NCBI GenBank assembly: GCA_951406725.2
Contig: OX597820.1
Location: forward strand, 40,982,001 to 41,046,000
Origin: Octopus vulgaris
Lineage: Eukaryota
DNA: 64,000 bases
Direction of reading: 5' to 3'
Shown: positions 58,773-64,000 of the stretch, piece after piece
Layout of the letters: each line of letters begins with the position of its first letter
Position numbering within the stretch: the first letter of the stretch is position 1
Notes under the pieces: model-generated
What the model saw: only the letters and a program-made list of their open reading frames with translations
What the model was told of the DNA's origin: nothing
The model's database searches: none
Program-made: the position numbers and the translations under genes

Positions 58773-59373
58773 TACCTATTTCTTTATTACCCACATGGAG
58801 CTAAACACAGAGGGGACAAACAAGGACAGACAAAGGATTTCAATCGATTACATCGGCCACAGTGCGTAACTGGTACTTAATTTATCGACCCCGAAAGGAT
58901 GAAAGGCAAAGTCGACCTCGGCGGAATTTGAACTCAGAACGTAACGACAGACGAAATACCTATTTCTTTATTACCCACAAGGGGCTAAACATAGAGGGGA
59001 CAAACAAGGACAGACATAGGTATTAAGTCGATTACATCGACCCCAGTGCGTAACTGGTACTTAATTCATCGACCCCGAAAGGATGAAAGGCAAAGTCGAC
59101 CTCGGCGGAATTTGAACTCAGAACGTAACGACAGACGAAATACCTATTTCTTTATTACCCACAAGGGGCTAAACATAGAGGGGACAAACAAGGACATACA
59201 TAGGTATTAAGTCGATTATATCGACCCGAGTGCGTTACTGGTACTTAATTTATCGACCCCGAAAGGATGAAAGGCAAAGTCGACCTCGGCGGAATTTGAA
59301 CTCAGAACGTAACGGCAGACGATATACCGCGAAGCATTTCGCCCGGCGTGCTAACGTTTCTGCCAGCTCGCCG
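58773..59373 (-). mobile_element. Trimeric family A1 SINE concatemer (184-bp period) within a single 17-bp TSD
   Basis: Units start at 58773, 58957 and 59141; only the last has a complete head; TSD tctgctaatactactac at 58756-58772 and 59374-59390. Confidence 0.9.
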
Positions 59374-59859
59374 TCTGCTAATACTACTACCACCACCATC
59401 TAATACTACTACCACCACCACCATCAATACCAATGCCTTCTCCATTACGAGTAACACGAACAGAAATCATTATCACTCCCACCACCACCACCACCACCAC
59501 CACCACCACCACCACCACCACCACCACCACCACCACAACCTCCAACACTACCACTACCTTCACAACCTCTAACACCACCACCTTCACCACCAACTCGTCC
59601 ACCAAATTGTCCACCAAACATTACCACCTCTACCCACATGTTGCCATGTGCCGACTGTAACGACGTCCTGTTTAGACTAGTCTCTACCGCTTTGCCCCAT
59701 TGTTCAGCAGCTGTTTGATCTACAGCAGTCAGGGCCTTGCGCTTTACTGCTCAGATTTCTTATACAGATATCGATCCATACACATACACATACACATATA
59801 AAAACAACCACGCCGAGTAAGACATGTATATATATACATACAATGGTACAACAATGTAG

Positions 59860-59928
<69 letters not shown>

Positions 59929-60016
59929 CATCTATCTATCTATCTATCTATCTATCTAGCTATCTACCTATTTATCTATCTCTCTCTCTCTCTCTCTTCT
60001 TGAATGTACACAAACG

Positions 60017-60073
<57 letters not shown>

Positions 60074-60094
60074 TATATATATATGTATAATCTT

Positions 60095-60503
60095 TCCGTT
60101 TGTTTCAGTCATTTGACTGTCATGCTGGAGCACCGCCTTAAAGGCTTTTAGTCGAAGAAATCGACCCCAGGATTTATTCTTTGTAAGACTAGTACTTATT
60201 CTATCGGACTCTTTTGCCGAGCCGCTAAGATACGGGGACCTAAACACGCCAGCATCAGTTGTCGAGCGATGGCGGCGAGGAGTGGGGACAAACACAGACA
60301 CACACATAAATACACATACACATATATGTATACACACACACACGACGGGCTTCTTTCAATTTCCGTCTACCAAATCCACTCATAAGGCTTTGGTCAGTCC
60401 GAGGCTATAGTAGAAGAGACTTGCCCTTGGTGTCACGCAGTGGGACTGCACCCAGAACCATAAGGTTGGGAAGCAATCTTCTTACCACACAACCACTCTT
60501 GCG
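60095..60503 (-). mobile_element. Family B SINE
   Basis: Reverse-complement match to family B. Confidence 0.85.
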
Positions 60504-60543
60504 GCAATAAATGTATATAATTTTCGCATTTCTTTATGTAAGT

Positions 60544-60674
<131 letters not shown>

Positions 60675-60885
60675 TGTTTCTTTATTAGCCACACAGGGCT
60701 GCACACAGACAGGACAAATTACAAGGTAGAGCTTTTCTTTTGGGGGTAAAAAAAAGGGGGTTTGGTTTTCGATCAAAAGGGATCGTAAAAGGAAAGAAAG
60801 AGGACAAAAAAGGGTGGGAGAAGGAAAAAAAAAGAAAAGGGGAGAGGAAAAAGAAAGTTGATCAATAGGGATCGTAATCACAGAG
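60675..60885 (-). mobile_element. 5'-truncated LINE-like 3' UTR inserted in (GATA)n
   Basis: Pyrimidine-rich on the minus strand, ending gcagccctgtgtggctAATAAAgaaaca; (GATA)n on both sides. Confidence 0.6.
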
Positions 60886-60887
60886 AC

Positions 60888-60979
<92 letters not shown>

Positions 60980-61107
60980 GATAGAAATATATATAGACAG
61001 ACAGACAGTGAGGCAGACAGACATATGCTTTGTATGTGTCTGTATGTATTAGGTATGGCACAAATGTAATAAAGTACGCAATACTTTCAAAGAGTTGAAC
61101 ACATTTC

Positions 61108-61244
61108 ATTATTTTGCTGGAAACTAGTTTATGGAGTTAATCCCGTTTCAGTTCTTGTGATCATATTCGCAACTAGTTGCGAACATGATCAGAGGAAACT
61201 AAAACAGGATTAACGTTATAAAACCTTGTCCCCAATAAAATAAT
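61108..61244. repeat. Imperfect loop-less palindrome centred at 61174/61175
   Basis: Core ttcgcaactagttgcgaa is perfect; arms gttaatcc..tgatcat / atgatca..ggattaac. Confidence 0.75.
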
Positions 61245-61753
61245 AGACACACGTCCGCGTGCGTACGTTAGCATACTGACATAAATATAGATGTGTGTGT
61301 ACGTGTGTCTTTGTGACTCACATCCCACGTATTACTTTTATCTTTTATCTTTTATCTTTTATCTTTTACGTGCTTCAGGCATTGGACTGCGGACATGCTG
61401 GAGCACCAATTGGAAGGGGTTTTAGTCGAACGAATCGACCTGTGCTTTTTTTTTTTTTTTTTTAAAAAAAGCTTGCTGTGTTTGCTTTAGATTTCTTTCC
61501 GCGAACCACTAATGCTATAAGAGATGTAAACAACCCGACAGTGGTTCTTAAACGGTTGTGGTAAACAAACACTAACACAGACACCAAGTGAACACACACA
61601 CACACACACACACGCACACACACACACACACAGAGACACACACATAAATTACGCGACGATCAATCAGTCTACTAGATCCACTCATAAGTCTTTGATTGCT
61701 CATCTTACGAGGGGCACGATTGTTCATAGATCAAGCACACACACATACACACA

Positions 61754-61796
<43 letters not shown>

Positions 61797-61908
61797 GCAC
61801 ACACACACACAATGCAACATTCTTTCAGCCCCTTTCGCTTTATTTCCCTATGTTTGCGACAATGTCCTTCATCTTTCCCGCTTTCATGCACACGCGCACT
61901 CATATACG

Positions 61909-61942
<34 letters not shown>

Positions 61943-62147
61943 CATGTTTACAGTCTAAGATTTGTGTAGTTTCTGTCAATGCTCTCCATGCTTAACGTAG
62001 TGGATCGACAAGCAGAACTAATAAAGTGTACCGCTGGGGATCGACAGGGCCGACGCACCGACTAAACTATTGTAGGCGATACTGTAACATCGCCGTCGTC
62101 CAAAGACTAAAACCAGTAAAAGGAAAATACAGGAAATGGAAAACAGA

Positions 62148-62217
<70 letters not shown>

Positions 62218-62237
62218 ATTTATATTAAAATTAAAAA

Positions 62238-62900
62238 CGATGAGCTGGCAGAATCGTAAGCAAACCGGGCAAAATGCTTTAGCACCATTTCGTCCGTTTA
62301 TACGATCTGAGTTCAAATTCCGCCGAGGTCGACTTTGCATTGTCATCCTTTAGGGGTGGATAAATTAGGTACCAGTGAAACACTAGAGTCAATATAATCA
62401 ACTAACCCCCTTTCCAAAATTTCAGGCCTTGTACCTATCGTAGAAAAGATTTTTTAAAAGCGGTGAGCCGGAAGAATCGTTAGCAAATCGGGCAAAATAC
62501 TTAACGGCATTTCATCCAATCTTTATTCATATTCCTTGGCGGAATCTGAACTCAGGATATACTTTTCAACCTTTCGGGTTCGATATAATAAAGAGCAGTT
62601 GAGAACTAGGGGCGATGTAATCGACATTTCCCCTTCTCTCAGACTTGTTGGTCTTGTGTCAAAATTTGAAACCAGTATCATGATTATGAAGGCGGCGTGC
62701 TGACAGGATCGTTACAGTGCTGGTCAGATTGCTTAGCGGTATTTCGCCCGTCGTTCCGTTTTGAGTTCAAAACCCGCCGACGTTGACTTCGCTTTTTCTT
62801 CTTTTCGAATTGAAAAAAAAGTGCCAGTCGTGTATTTTGGTCGATGTAATTGAATAAACACTGCCCCCAATATATCTCAGGTCTTTTGCCTACAGTTCAC
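62238..62900 (+). mobile_element. Three tandem diverged family A SINEs
   Basis: Repeated heads at ~62238, ~62459 and ~62690. Confidence 0.8.
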
Positions 62901-62967
62901 AAATCCCTATTTGTATGCAATTATTTAATGCCTGAGAGATCCGTAAGAAATGTATACATTACATTGT

Positions 62968-63203
62968 GGAGGCGCAATGGCCTAGTGGTTAGGGCAGCGG
63001 ACTTGCGGTCGGAGGATCGCGGTTTCGATTCCCAGACCGGGCGTTGTGTGTGTTTATTGAGCGAAAAAAAACACCTAAAAGCTCCACGAGGCTCCGGCAG
63101 GAGGTGGTGATCCCTGCTGTACTCTTTCACCACTCTAAAGGCGGTGCTCCAGCATGGCCGCAGTCAAATGACTGAAACAAGTACAAAAAAAAAAAAAAAA
63201 AAA
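62968..63203 (+). mobile_element. Chimeric SINE: family C head/body + family B 3' tail + poly(A)
   Basis: Switch at ~63136 to 'taaaggcggtgctccagcatggccgcagtcaaatgactgaaacaagta', followed by an A-run. Confidence 0.85.
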
Positions 63204-63616
63204 TTAACTAATTGTCTACAAATATGGCTTTCGAGGCCTAAGGTACCCTATGTGAGCCGGTAGACTATATTAAAGACTCTTTGACCACACAGGAAACTTC
63301 TTCACGTCTGACCCCCTGTGCATGCATGTATTTAATTTTGTATATCCATATTTATATATGTATATATGTATAATATGTATGAATAGAGAAATAGACAGAT
63401 AGACAGACAGATAGACAGACAGATAGATAGATAGAACAGAGAGAGAGAGAGAGAGAGAGGGATCTTCAAAGAACTTTGCTAGGAAGAATATCAAGTTAGT
63501 AAACTTAAGATAGCTATAGTTAACTAAACACACACACACACAGATACAGACACACACGAAACTCATATACACAGAGAGGCACAACCACGCACACATACAC
63601 ACGCACACATGCACAC

Positions 63617-63652
<36 letters not shown>

Positions 63653-64000
63653 CCCTACCAGGCCCATACATATAAACAAATTTGTAACTCTTGGTCTCTT
63701 TAAACCTCTGTTTTTATCGACTTCTCCGCCTCGCTCACTCACCCTCCTCTTTTACACATTAGGGGCCGCTGCCGTACGCCTGGATCGCGAAGAACAATTC
63801 TATAATTACTGGATGAGTCGCGTACTCAGACACCTGTTCAGCAGACATCCCACTGTCTGGATGGCTACCCCCAATAAAAGCACATGCCGGCTTAGTGACA
63901 GTGTATCGCTGCTATTATACGAGAGAGAAGGGGTGGGAACGCGCCTGCTTGTTGTTCTGCTCTTGTGTATATGGGTGGGTGTCACCGCCCTGACTGAATA

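Noticed and set aside
58773-59373. CRISPR-like or satellite array
   Set aside because: The units are whole SINE bodies without unique spacers, in a eukaryotic context.
59390-59635. Poly-His/Thr/Gly ORFs
   Set aside because: (ACC)n microsatellite next to a SINE insertion; no exon signals.

Overview
AT-rich animal genomic DNA packed with microsatellites and SINEs. Its repeat landscape suggests an octopus or other coleoid cephalopod (inference, no database search). The window reads mostly as very long introns of a minus-strand gene. Only one convincing coding exon is visible: 21605-22839, 1235 nt, phase 1 to phase 0, with homopolymer runs of G/N/S/T/Q and short IKSE, FKDE, PLNMS and RKRRAS motifs, suggesting the disordered region of a nuclear regulator. 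Almost all other ORFs in the track are microsatellite or SINE artefacts. The rest consists of dozens of tRNA-derived SINE copies (four head/body types), LINE remnants (RT motif, CCHC knuckle, two R4/Dong-like 3' ends in (TAA)n), foldback/MITE-like elements and local inverted duplications. Three observations stand out. (1) Penelope-type hammerhead ribozyme motifs: an inverted pair at 11.6-11.9 kb and a minimal one at 24568-24602. (2) A SINE subfamily that forms 184-bp head-to-tail concatemers joined at the same GGTA|TTTC site at five junctions, and whose 3' tail matches a LINE-like 3' end inserted in (GATA)n. (3) One SINE head carrying four different tails.
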